DNA of 63,209 nucleotides, counting the filler, from Perkinsus chesapeaki ATCC PRA-425 (lineage: Eukaryota > Protista > Perkinsozoa): the NCBI GenBank assembly GCA_013115145.1. It is 9 parts of 9 records of this genome, joined end to end, with 100 filler letters (N's around TTAATTAATTAA, not from the genome) between each part and the next. Parts side by side here need not be neighbours in the genome. Positions count along the whole stretch, not along the records: positions 1 to 23,925 come from JAAPAO010000555.1; positions 24,026 to 29,818 come from JAAPAO010001129.1; 7 more parts are not named here. One strand, 5' to 3'. The notes beneath the pieces are model-generated. The model saw only the letters and a list, made by a program, of their open reading frames with translations, did not search any database and had not been told where the DNA came from. Positions within the stretch are counted from its first letter, which is position 1. Each line of letters opens with the position of its first letter. Position numbers and translations under genes: made by a program. Below are positions 17,101 to 28,576 of this stretch, piece by piece.

Positions 17101-19917
17101 CCAGAGCATCCGGAGATTCCACAGTCCGACAAAGCAAAACATGAACGACTTCGGTAAGAGTGCAGCTACTTTCACACTTGTCGAAAAATAGTCGCTGCGC
17201 AAAGCCAGTGTCTGGTGTGCAAAGCGCTAAGTTAGTTGGCTTGAATATAAAAAGTAGAACTCAACTTATTTGGAAATCGCCGTCATTATAAATGTTGAGG
17301 CTAAGTTGAGATCTTTCTGGGCTCGAATTGGCTTTGGCGATTTTTTTATTCAGGAAGTCATGCGCCCACCGTTCCGAACATGGTGGTTTATTTTTAAACC
17401 GAATGCGAGGGTTTCCAACCATAAGACAGAAACTTAGATTCGCAACCCGTTCGTTCAATTTGGCCACCCCAAAAGTTGGATACATCTCAAAAATGACGTT
17501 GAAATTTTCCGAAAGTTCGAGTTGAAAATGATGTAGGAGCGCATGCGCTGTCTGCGGTGCGACACTTCGCGGTTGGATGTGAGCTTCGTTTCCATTGTAT
17601 TTCTGAAGGCATCGAATTGACGAGCTTCTGGACGACTTAGAGGGGAAGAGCTTAGCATGCATAGCCGATAGGGAGGTTAATCAAAGTAGGAGCATCAGAG
17701 ATTTCGAGTGAGATCTTTTTATGAAGGTCCAGAACGGAAAAGAAGGCGGAGAAAAAGAAAGAAACATGTCGAGAAAAAATACAAAGTCGAGGACTTGCTT
17801 TCCCGGCAAGACACTGCGGCTGATCTCCAAGTAATTTGTATATTGCATGAATCAGACTAACTGCGTCTCAGACCGCTGTTGGCATGCTTGGTCGTCCTAG
17901 TGCTGATCGGACGAGAAATGGCAGCAATTTCGATCAGTAAGGATTTCTCATTGCTCAGTGAGTGCGTCTGGCCAGTTGGCAAAAGACCATGACAATATCA
18001 CTGCAAAACTATTCGCGAGAACTTCCTCATGCTTTTTATTAAAACCAGTGCAAAATGGTGCAGAATCTCTTATTGAGCCAATCTCTTTCAGGTACCGTTA
18101 CGCACCCTCTCGGCCAAATAGGGTTAATCAAGACCGAGCCCGAGAGTTCTGTGAAGCCTTCAGCCGCTCACTTCGCTCGAACTTCCCTTTGGCTCTCATC
18201 ATTTTGGTAGGCTCTCTGAGGAATTGAAAAGACCGTTCCTAAGGAGCTACCCTTGGTTTCAGGTGCTTTCTAGCATAGGCTTCGCCTGTATAGTTATTGA
18301 GTCGGGAGAGTTGAAGGCTCTCTTCAACATGTGTGCAGCATTCGCGTTCTTTGGTGCATTTATAACATTACTGTTTTATTGCGTCATGGTAGGATAATAA
18401 AACCGTTATTTCCCTATTTCTCATTTGTCCAGGTCTCTCGACAGCTTCAAGAGGGCAGCAGTTCAGGTCGAGTGCGCGCTGCTGTTAATCTGGTGTGAAA
18501 CAATAGTTTTGAGTTTCGCAGTAGTCCAATGCTCAAGATGCTCTACATACGTTGACGAGATGAAGCCTTAGTAAATTTTGTGGAGCACCACTTCTTAGTG
18601 CAGCTCGGAGAGTCTGTGCTGCCTGCTTAGTTGTGCATTGTGTATTTTGCGTGAATGCGCCCCTGGGCGAGCGAGGTTCCTGATGGGAATCCTTCCGCAA
18701 TGGAAAGTTGTGAAGGTGTCCCCTTGAAATAACTGAAGAGCTTGTGGTGTTTACTAGGGGGTTCAAACACTGAGGCTCATCTCAGCTTGGAGAGTCCGAG
18801 CAAATCTGACTTCCATTTTTGTCTTTATCTTGAGCCTGGTTTGTGACTCATAGTTGGCTGGGCCAACTTGGCTCTCTACGTAGATTGTAGTGAGCACGAG
18901 TCACTGACTGGGCTCGGCTTCGGTGTTGTCACTGGCAGCTTATAGGGAGATACCCTTAAACTTCAGAGGCTGCCTTACCCGACAAAACATGCTGCGATCC
19001 GGCTGTCGGTCAACACCTTCGCGCTCTTCCCACTCTCCCGACAAGAGAGCGATTTCTTCTTTAGAGAGCTTCGATAAGAAACTGTCTTTAACCGCATTCA
19101 TATGCGTTAAATCGAATAGTTTCAAACACATCTGTGTAAGTCTATGTTTCATAAAGCGAGTTCTGCGACGAAGTTCGTCCGACGAACTTGAGGAAGCCAG
19201 CGCAGCACCAAGAAACGGCGGTGGGCGAGCGGGTTTCGCTAGGCAAGATTCCTGCAGGTTCGGGGAGTGCCGTGGCCGGAGGGGCCTGATTTTGGTACGG
19301 CCCTGTGGAGGACGCTGAAGCAGGTGAGCACAGTATTTATTATATATGTTAAGTGTTGGAGAGGGCGTTCACTCCTTAACAGCTACTGGGCAGTGACTGC
19401 CGGCGGCAGTCAGCTGATATGGCTGCCGTATGGGGGCGGAGTGCGCACCGCAGCGACAGCCTCTACAATAAGGGACGGGTGTTGGGTACCGTGCGGATAT
19501 TAAGGTTATAGGAGTTTGAACGCGTCAGCACTGCGGTTGGAGCATCAAGGCTTACCGCATGCTGACCGATACCTTTCCAACTCTAGACAGTCGCTGGGGT
19601 CGAGAGAGGAGGAGTGGAGTTGATAACTCTGAGTTGTAGAAGCTCACGGTGGTCACCTGTCACAGGCAGACAAACTGACGCCGATGACCTATTTTACGAG
19701 GAGGCTAACTCCTATGCAGCCCGTATATGTATAAATCGTTAAGTAAGCCGACTGGCACCAAAAGTGTTACCAAGAATACACACTATCTTTTGCGGAGTAC
19801 ATTATAGTGGATGAACCAAGGGCTTGTGCCTTAATATTAGCGAATTCACTCTAACGAAAGCGCTACAGCAACTGACATCAACATCATCTACATAATCATA
19901 TGACAAATAAATAACAT

Positions 19918-21109
19918 TCATTCTCTCTTGCCCCGCTTTTTGTTGAACAAATACTCAATGAAGATAGTGCCAGTATTCTTCTCGCCCTCCTCATCAATAA
20001 TCTTCTCTTTAAGATTATCTTCCCGGCTGTTAAAAACGGCCGAATATAAAGCCTCGATAGCATGGACGCAGTTCTTCCTCCGGCCCTTTTGTATATTTTC
20101 CTTCAATTCCATCACTGACCTTACATCGAACTCGAACTGGACTGCTCGATCGTCACTAACATTTACAAAACCTGCAGTCAAGGTGGTCTCATCAAAGTCT
20201 GCTCACCTTCCCGTCCTTTGCTCTCCAACTTGCACCCCATCTACAGTAAAGGTTGATTTGTCCCTACTGAGCGAGACCTCAAGTGTATTCGGATGTCCGG
20301 TCGTTGTTGCACGGCAGCGAAGCTTCTCAGGTTCGCTGGTGGTTGTGATATCTTCCACTTCGAGACCCTGAAAACCTGCTAATCGTCATCGTGGGAAAGC
20401 CTACCATTAAACTCGGCGGTGACATCGTGACCATATGGAGGAGATGTCTTATCAGGACCATTATGGAGACTGGCTTCGCCGAGTCATCAACCGATGCTCG
20501 AAACAGCTCGTCGGCCTTGTATAGTTCACCGAAAAGACGGGTTGTCCCATAGTCGCACGAAGGGTTCGGTATACATGTTTCGATATCGGGAAGTGGGTTC
20601 CCTTCGATTTCGCGACTAGCAGCAATACGCTTAAATCCGTAACATGGTCAAGATACTCACGAGGTCACTTTTCCGTACCGCACCGAAGTTAGATGAATCT
20701 TTTTAGCAGGCAACTCGTCATCGGGGCACGTCAGGCCGGCAGTACCTGCCGGATAGTTACAAGTGATCTTCTCTGAGTTCGGCCTTCCAAGGTGCTTTTG
20801 TGAAGTAGCAGTAAAAATTGAGGATGAAGCTTACCCACGATAATCTCAAACTCGATCGCGTGGTTCTTGTCTTTAGTCTCCACACGGCAGATTTTGTCCT
20901 TCTTCCGGGACCGTTTGCTTTTAGAGAATACTCCGCCTTTTTTGGTTGAATCGGTGGCACTAAAGGTCTGAAACTGATGCGATGGCCACTGCGAAGCAGA
21001 GTGCTGTTACGTGGTGATCGAGTTGGGGAACTGCCAAATGCGTAGCAACCGCAGCTCCAACAGATTCGAGAGCTCCCACGAAACTTATACAACAGAGATA
21101 AGATCGCAT
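19918..21109 (-). CDS. Unassigned secreted-type two-domain protein, paralog A (possibly disrupted)
   Basis: Start MRSYLCCISFVGALESVGAAVA; domain 1 SCDYGTTRLFGELYKADELFRASVDDSAKPVSIMVLIRHL; domain 2 EKLRCRA...NCVHAIEALY..NTGTIFIEYLF. Exon structure only partly resolved. Confidence 0.55.
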
Positions 21110-21214
21110 AGGAAAATGGAGAGCTTTCAAGGAGATCCAGCAAGGCCAACTCAGGACTGTGTAATCGGCAAACACACATGAACAACATGAACATCGTGGT
21201 GGTTGAATTTGTTG

Positions 21215-22276
21215 TTAAATGAGTCTCGCTTCCTCTCCTTTGTACTTCTTGCACATATAATCGATAAGAACATGTCCGGTGTCCTGGTGGCTTTTATCAA
21301 GATCACCGTCCGTTATCAGAGCGACAACTGCAGATGTGATCATCTTGCGAAAGAGCGAGTTGAGCGCGCTGATGCATCTGTTGGTATCTTTCTGGAAATG
21401 ACGGCTTAATTCGCCAGCTTCGTTTGACGACAGTTCGACTTGTTGAGGGGAAGTAGCTCTGAGAGTACCAATGGAATATCCCCGCAAAGGGTCCTACAAG
21501 TCGAGAGACTTGGCTTTTCCGCAGTCGACAGTTTCGATGGTGAAGACACTCCAGCTTCGAGAGAGAGTGAAGGTGAATGCAGTGGATGGGTCTCCGATCA
21601 CACTCGCACGACAACGAAGTCTTTCTGGTTCGGACTTTGAGAACATCCTCGTCACGTCTAGTCCCTGAGGACAATGTCGCCACGTGAGTAACTAAGCACC
21701 TACCTCCAGTGGAAGTATCTTTCCTTCGTTCTCTCCGAGCTTGAAAAGATACTCCACGAGTAGCGACGCAGACATAGGATTGGCCGCCTTATCGACTTCA
21801 CTTCCAAACTCCGGGTCACCTTGATAAAGCCCGTGGAAGAGCTGTTGGGTTGCCTCCTCGCAGTTGGCGCTTTTCTTCTTTTGAATGTTAGATGGGAGCC
21901 TATCAGTCACGGTGTCCAGGCCAGTGGAGCGCCTAAACAATCTAATCATGGCAAACAACAAAGCGCTAAAGTCTACACTTCAGTCGAGTGTCGAACGGAT
22001 CTGATATGGAATCCTTTCTCGTCTTTCTCGAATTCTAAAGCGTAGTCTTCATTGGCACATTCTAATCGACAGGATTGCGTCCTCCTTTTTGTGAAACGCC
22101 AACGGTTATTTGCATTTGTCTGAGTTACCTTACACGCCTGAGAATTTGACACCTGCTGCTCACGAGAACGCCAAGACTTTCACCTTTTTATCGACTACGT
22201 TCGAGGGTGCTGCAACCTCCGCTCCAACAGACTCGAGGGCTCCAAGGAGACTTAAACAACCGATATGAACACGCAT
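21215..22276 (-). CDS. Same family, paralog B
   Basis: Start MRVHIGCLSLLGALESVGAEVA; NCEEATQQLFHGLYQGDPEFGSEVDKAANPMSASLLVEYLF; ERLRCRAS; RCISALNSLF..DTGHVLIDYMC. Confidence 0.6.
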
Positions 22277-22404
22277 GAAAAAGTGGAAGCTTTGGAGGGG
22301 CTTGAAATAGGCCAACTCAAAGCGACGTAAACAACAGCAAACATCAATACAAAGATGTCCTTGCGCGGCGAGAGAAATTAAAAAGTAAACAAAGTATTAT
22401 AAGT

Positions 22405-23699
22405 CTAGTCGATTCTAGCGGCATTGTAGCCACCAAGATCGTCACAGATATAGTCAACAAGTAGACCTCCAGTGCTCCTCTGCCGGCTTTTGTTCCGATA
22501 CATGTAACAGCTCAAACCAAAGCCATCGGAGTTGTACATCCCGTCGAAGAGATATTCAAGAAGATGCTTGCATATTCCATCTAATGTGGCGTATCGCTCG
22601 ATATGGGATCGAATGTGCTCGATTGCTCCCCGTCCGATATAAATCTTGGGAAGGCTTTCCGAACTGAAACAGGAAAAGATAGGCAAATCCAGAACTCGTG
22701 GATTCTGACAAGTCCTTTGAGTGTCTCCCTTTTCCACAGTCCGCGAACTCGATGTTGAACGCCGTGCCGGTTTGAGACATGTTGAAGAAGAAACCGGCGT
22801 AGCTGTCATTAACCACACTTGTGCGGCAACGCAGGTGATCCGAATGTCTGGTATTGATCTCTTCAGTCGTTTCCAATCCCTGAAATCCATCGAGCGGATA
22901 TTCGCACCTCTCCACCTATACATCCGAATTGATATTTCACAGAACAACAGATGGTGAGTAAGGAAGATACCACCGCACGGTGAAGAAATATCTGGCACCA
23001 TATCAAGCACGCAAGCTTCTCAACAGGAAAAAGTTGCGACGTTTTGTCCTCATCGTAAGCGATCACATGAACTTAAGGCCTACCTCCAAGGGTGGCTTCG
23101 GAGGCATTATTTCTGCAAGATTGAAAAGATACATGAAAACTATATCCATCGAGACCAGCTTCCCGGCAGCATCAACAACTCCTCGAAACTTCTTGTCTTT
23201 TATGTAAAGTGCTTGGAATAGCACTTTCGTCTGCTCTCGACAGTCTCCGTTCTCGTGAGTGTCGACGTGCCTCTGGTCTAGTCTGTTCTTCAATAGATCA
23301 GTCTCAATCCGTCCCCTACACAGAACTTTCAGAATTTCAAAGTTTGGATTTAGTATCTATCAGCCTTGCCCAGCGATCGTAGACAAGATGCAATTCTCAA
23401 GGACGATTGAGGATGGAGAAATCGTCCAAAATTTCTCGAAATTTTTTGAAAATTTCCCCAAAATTCGGAAACACCCGCAGAACTTATGGTACCGAAAAGC
23501 TTACGAAAATGACCCTCCGTATTTCACAGAGATGAGATGAAAGTCCCGGTCAGATCTCCGGAACTTGAGACTCATATCGCGGTTAGCGACTCTGACGAAA
23601 CAGTTTAAATGATTGTCGTTTGCCTCCTTATCGACAGCTTTAGTGGCCACGTACGTCTGGCAAACAATTATGAACAACAATATAATTGCGTTAGTTATC
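22405..23699 (-). CDS. Same family, paralog C (no ATG found before the signal-like stretch; start uncertain)
   Basis: IILLFIIVCQTYVATKA; DCREQTKVLFQALYIKDKKFRGVVDAAGKLVSMDIVFMYLF; DHLRCRTS; GICKHLLEYLF..STGGLLVDYIC. Confidence 0.5.
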
Positions 23700-24032
23700 T
23701 ACTTGTGGATTGAGAGGGGGAGGTAGTGCTGATAAGAGCGAAGCGGAGCCCGATGCGACAGTGACCACCGACAAGAGCCTTGGGAGTTTACAGACATACA
23801 TGTGAAAGCTGGATGAGAGTAAAATAGTATTTTGAAGAAAGTGCTAGGAATATATCAAACTCCTTTCTATTATATCTCCTCCTCCGTATCACTAGTAACA
23901 TATTTCCTATCAAACTCCTTTCTATNNNNNNNNNNNNNNNNNNNNNNNNNNNNNNNNNNNNNNNNNNNNTTAATTAATTAANNNNNNNNNNNNNNNNNNN
24001 NNNNNNNNNNNNNNNNNNNNNNNNNGATGCTC

Positions 24033-25331
24033 CTAAGAGTGGCGAGAGTCTTCCCTAGACAAATCGCCTTCAGAGGAGCAAGACTGGCGCCTCCCAAACT
24101 CTACCCGATTCCGGATAACTTTTTGGAAGCAACCGCTAGTGAACATAGCCCTTGTTATTGACTGTTGTCGTATCGGCGCGTAAACACCATCCCTTAGGTA
24201 AGCCATCGAAAGAGACTTCGATGAGGCCCAACGCCCCAGTTCTACAATATGCTCGATATCCACGCCTCTGTGGAATAGGAGCTGCGCTCCGCTACGCCTT
24301 AGCGAGTGTCCACTATATCCAGCTAATTCAGCCGAACCTCCAAGGGCCCTACACACTACGGAGTTCAGCCCTTTTATAAACTCTCTTCTGTCGAAAGGGA
24401 AGATCAGCTCTAACTCTGGACTGGACTTGTTGCATGGTGGTGGCGTCTTGCAATGCAGCCGACGAAGGACTCTATGGAGAGGGCATATAGCACGGATAAT
24501 TTCCTCGTTGGGGCAACAGCACCCCACCGTCACCCAGGAACCAGCTCCGCGCTGGTCTACTTTGCTCTTCCTTATCAGCAGTGACAGTGATGATTCATCC
24601 CTAGCTATTCGACAGTCTTCGACTGCTAAAGACAGGAGTTCACTGACTCGTAGGAGAGCTCCGACTCCCAGTAATATTCCACATACCACTGCCTCTAAAG
24701 CAGGCTCATCCAAATTCGCAATCTCAATGAGATCTTCGTAGGAGAAGGTCATGGCTCGTTTTTGACCAGGTACTCCTGCTTGCCTGCATAACTTGGATGC
24801 AGCTCTAAGTATCAGTCTTACGCGTTCTTGACTAGCGAGGTCTAGTTCCTCACCATGCTCTTCTCTTGCAAGAAGACGAATGGTTCTCACATAGTTGGTT
24901 ACACTCTCATAAGTGAAGTCGCCCTCCACGAGCGCCGTCACAAACCACGCAAGGTTTTCGGCCGACAGTGGGTAGGGCTTCCTCCCAGCCGAGTTCATGA
25001 TTGACATGTAGCAATGCTTGATCGATGCATGAGACTTAAGTGTACTCTGGCTGCGGGCATTCGCCACCATATTCTCGACTTGCTCTGCGGAGAGCTTTGC
25101 TGCAGCAGCAACGGCCTTCGATGTAGACCCTCGGCGGGGTTTCTTAATGTTACTCCCGTCGGCGACCTGTTGCATGGGAGCATTCTTATTCCTTGTTGGT
25201 GTCTCAGCGGGATAGCTGGGGACATTCGCGCTACCACGCTTTGGCTTTCGGAGTTCCCTTTGACATGCTTTTAAAGGACGGAACATACGTGGCTGAGAGA
25301 GTATCGCTGCTAGACCGTATATCGTGGTCAC
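24033..25331 (-). CDS. Tyrosine recombinase of the retroelement
   Basis: Catalytic set present: LLRVSE (R), KSKVDQRG (K), GHSLRR (H-x-x-R), GRW, AYLR (Y). Confidence 0.9.
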   Translation of the reverse strand: MTTIYGLAAILSQPRMFRPLKACQRELRKPKRGSANVPSYPAETPTRNKNAPMQQVADGSNIKKPRRGSTSKAVAAAAKLSAEQVENMVANARSQSTLKSHASIKHCYMSIMNSAGRKPYPLSAENLAWFVTALVEGDFTYESVTNYVRTIRLLAREEHGEELDLASQERVRLILRAASKLCRQAGVPGQKRAMTFSYEDLIEIANLDEPALEAVVCGILLGVGALLRVSELLSLAVEDCRIARDESSLSLLIRKSKVDQRGAGSWVTVGCCCPNEEIIRAICPLHRVLRRLHCKTPPPCNKSSPELELIFPFDRREFIKGLNSVVCRALGGSAELAGYSGHSLRRSGAQLLFHRGVDIEHIVELGRWASSKSLSMAYLRDGVYAPIRQQSITRAMFTSGCFQKVIRNRVEFGRRQSCSSEGDLSREDSRHS

Positions 25332-25387
25332 ACTTCACGCCCATAGGAGACCAACGCAATATGTTACGGAGCTCACAGAAACACGAA

Positions 25388-27552
25388 TCAATCGGCCCTC
25401 CACAACGACCGGAAACTTTGTGCAACGTCAATCTCTCTTGCCGCCTCAATCTCTTGCATAAGGCAACGTAAGGTCGATAGCTCTGTCCTCGAGATTTTAT
25501 CGGCTAGTAAGTTCAGCTTTCCGGGTATATGCAGCGAGAACATTATGCGGCTTGCAAAATCCGGTCGCAGTAGTAGGAACCGCTGTATGATCCAATTCAT
25601 GGCATTTGATCTTGATGACAATTTGCTCAATGCCTGTACACAAGCCACATTATCCGAAGTTACCACAACGTGCATATGCTGGGGAACTTGAAGCAATGCT
25701 ATCAAGGCTGCGAGGAGCTCAGATAGGCATATGCTATTGTGAGCATCGGGGTCAAGCGCCACCATTTTGCTGATTGCGTTACGCACCTTTTCGTCTTTCA
25801 AGTCCATCTGGAACCAATCAAGTGCTTCTCTGTTGTGTAGCGGAAGCAGAATCGCACCACCAATATACCGATCAGATGCATCACACATCACAACAGCGCG
25901 GCTTGCCGACCCCACCTCCGAAAGGAGGCTGTTGAGTGGGATGTGTTGGGAACCCGAGAAGAACTTCTTCAAGAACTCTGCGGATTCCACGAGGCCTTTG
26001 TTGACACGGATAGTCTTACTACTAAGACCTTTGGAATCAGCTATACTTAGAATGCTGTAAAAAGGTCTCAAGTAGGACTTAAGTCCCACCAGGGCCTGGG
26101 CGGCCCAACATATTCTCCCTGTAAGGCGGCTCAGAAATGAGACCTTAACAGACTTACCAGGGGAGATCGTGCTCAAGTCTTCCAGTATCAGGCGTACTTT
26201 ATCCCTCGGAATAGAGATGGTGCGCTCGTTCAAGTGAATAACGTAGCCCAAACAATGTGGGTCCGCGGTGGCGTGTAGTTTATCAAACGCTGTAGGAAAT
26301 CCGCACACCGCATCAGTTACCACAGTAGTCAAAATCGAGCGAACTAGCGCTAGCATACTCGAGGGGATGCTTCTATCCTCTGGGTTAAGGGGTACCAAGC
26401 GGAACGCGCTCCGTACGTCATTCTCTATCCAGAACAAGTTAGTGTTTTCGGAAGGCCGGCCAACGACCCTCTCCAACAGATTAACGAGCTGTGCAGCACC
26501 TGTTATCTTTGGCAATAATACCGTCTCGCTGAGGNNNNNNNNNNNNNNNNNNNNNNNNNNNNNNNNNNNNNNNNNNNNNNNNNNNNNNNNNNNNNNNNNN
26601 NNNNNNNNNNNNNNNNNNNNNNNNNNGCCCGGCCAACGACCCTCTCCAACAGATTAACGAGCTGTGCAGCACCTGTTATCTTTGGCAATAATACCGTCTC
26701 GCTGAGGTTCGGTTCGATGAGACCATTGACTCCGCTTCGTCTCATGTCGTCCACCAACCGCACTTTTAGCACCTCCCCAGAGGCCGTCTTAGTCGGTACG
26801 CATGCTAGTTTCGTAACCGCTTTGATCTTGTGTTTCTCGCTGTCGTGGATCGGGTACATCCTACCCAAATCCTTCTCTTTTTGAATGGCTTTGATCACCC
26901 ACTCTTTATACTCTTCGACTGATTTATAGTTACGCCACAAGTCTTTGGAGATTTCGAAATGGTATCTCCCTCCATTTTGGAAAGTAGGCCATGCTCCGCT
27001 GGCCGGGATCCTCCCAGTTGTTCCCAGGGGAGCCCCTGAGTCAATGAGATCAAAGATTTCGTGATCAAGCTTTCTCGCGGGATATTCACTCTGGAGAGTG
27101 CGGATGACCTCTCTCATTAGGGGTGCTCGGATCGGTCCCCCCGCACGTGCTGGGCGTGTTTCAGCCTCAAGTAGAGCCCCCCACTGCTGTCGAATATTTT
27201 CGGCAACTTTCTGAATGCCTGGCTCCAGAGACTTCCAGACATTAGAACCAGCCTGGGACTCTCTGTCCAGTTTAGCCCAATTTTGGATCGACTCAACGAC
27301 CTCAGCAGACATAAATTTGTCCAACTCGTTGTGGAAAATCTTCCCCAAAGCGCACATTGTCTCAGAGCCCGGTACAAAGCCATCATCGTGGAGATGCCCG
27401 CTGCTACCGGTACCGTCAACAAGCGACGACTGTGACTGGCGTGAAGCATGCTCTGCCTGTCCGAGAGCAAACGACTTCACGGCCTGAATGTGCTGCCACA
27501 CGTTAGATGGGCAGAGGAGCTCTTGACCTTGCCGCGTAAGTACTGTCATCAA
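25388..27552 (-). CDS. RT-RNase H ORF, continuous once the 79-bp gap overlap is collapsed; RT lacks motifs B'/C
   Basis: WRNYKS, RLVDDMRRSGVN, NDVRSAFRLVPL, LGYVIHL. RNase H motifs CDASD, ICLSELLAAL, TSDNVA, HIPGKLNLLADKISR. No LPFG or YxDD. Confidence 0.8.
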
Positions 27553-28576
27553 GTTGACGCTCTCCAGATTAGCGTTCTTGCTCGACGACGAGGGCCTGAC
27601 AGACTGAAATGCACCGCCTTAGAGTACTAAAGAGTGGCGCTCAAGGAAGGAAAAACAGGCGGCGACCATAACATGATAAGCCCAGGAATCCAAACTGAGA
27701 ATAGTTGAGGGCTTTGCCAGCTTGGCAGTTGACTTGCACGCATCTGCCGCCAACAGGCTGGTGACCCGGTTCCCCCGTGAAGGACACAGTTGCCTAACCG
27801 CATCATACACGACGTGTATTACACGTCAACTTGCACTTCTTCGCTAGTTTTAAGCTAGTGCCACCGACGGTTTGTTGGGAATCAATGGCCTCTAGTTTGC
27901 CCCTCTCCCAATAAACGTCGAATCCAACTTCCAACTGGAGTGGGAAACGGGATGACGGCTCGAGTTTCCAGTGGAAACTTTTTCCACTCGTCACTCGAGA
28001 GTAAAGCAACCTCAACCTCAATCGAGTGAGTGGCAGCCTCTGCTATTCAGCATCGAGTGGCCAACGCACAATTCAACAACGACTCAGTAGTACCGAGTCA
28101 ATACCTGTCTAAGGCATCCGAGATCACGTTTTGAGCTCGCCAAATACACCGTGAACTGTCCACTGACGGACAAGATCAGCCCTTGCCGGTGGGAACCGTT
28201 ATAGGCAGCTTCATATGTGCCTGTCGCCACGGTGTCGGACTGCCCCCAGCCTTTTTTACTGGCGAGCATCCGACATCCTCGTGACCGCTCTCACTCATCA
28301 AGACTAGGAACGACTCAGTCCGGCTGAGCTTCCTATACCTCTGAGAGCCATCCGACCCTGTGGGGAAGTCCTGATCCACCACTGTCGGGTAACAACACAA
28401 CTGCATTTGCAAGTGAGAATAAAGAAGGGACCCAGCATCCTCAGATGAATCACTAATTCGAACCCTTCAAGGGTAAAAGGATAGAAGGAGAGAGTATACC
28501 CCTTTAAGAGGGGTAAGACTTACTAATCAGTACAACGGGAAAATAGAGAAAAGAAAGACTCGCCCGGGAGGACAGC

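Noticed and set aside
26456-26707. 79-bp direct repeat flanking the N gap in pol
   Set aside because: Identical contig-end overlap; collapsing it restores one RT-RH frame.
26740-27552. RLVDD in pol as the RT catalytic YxDD
   Set aside because: It lies upstream of motif A and corresponds to the RL(I/V)xD segment, not motif C.
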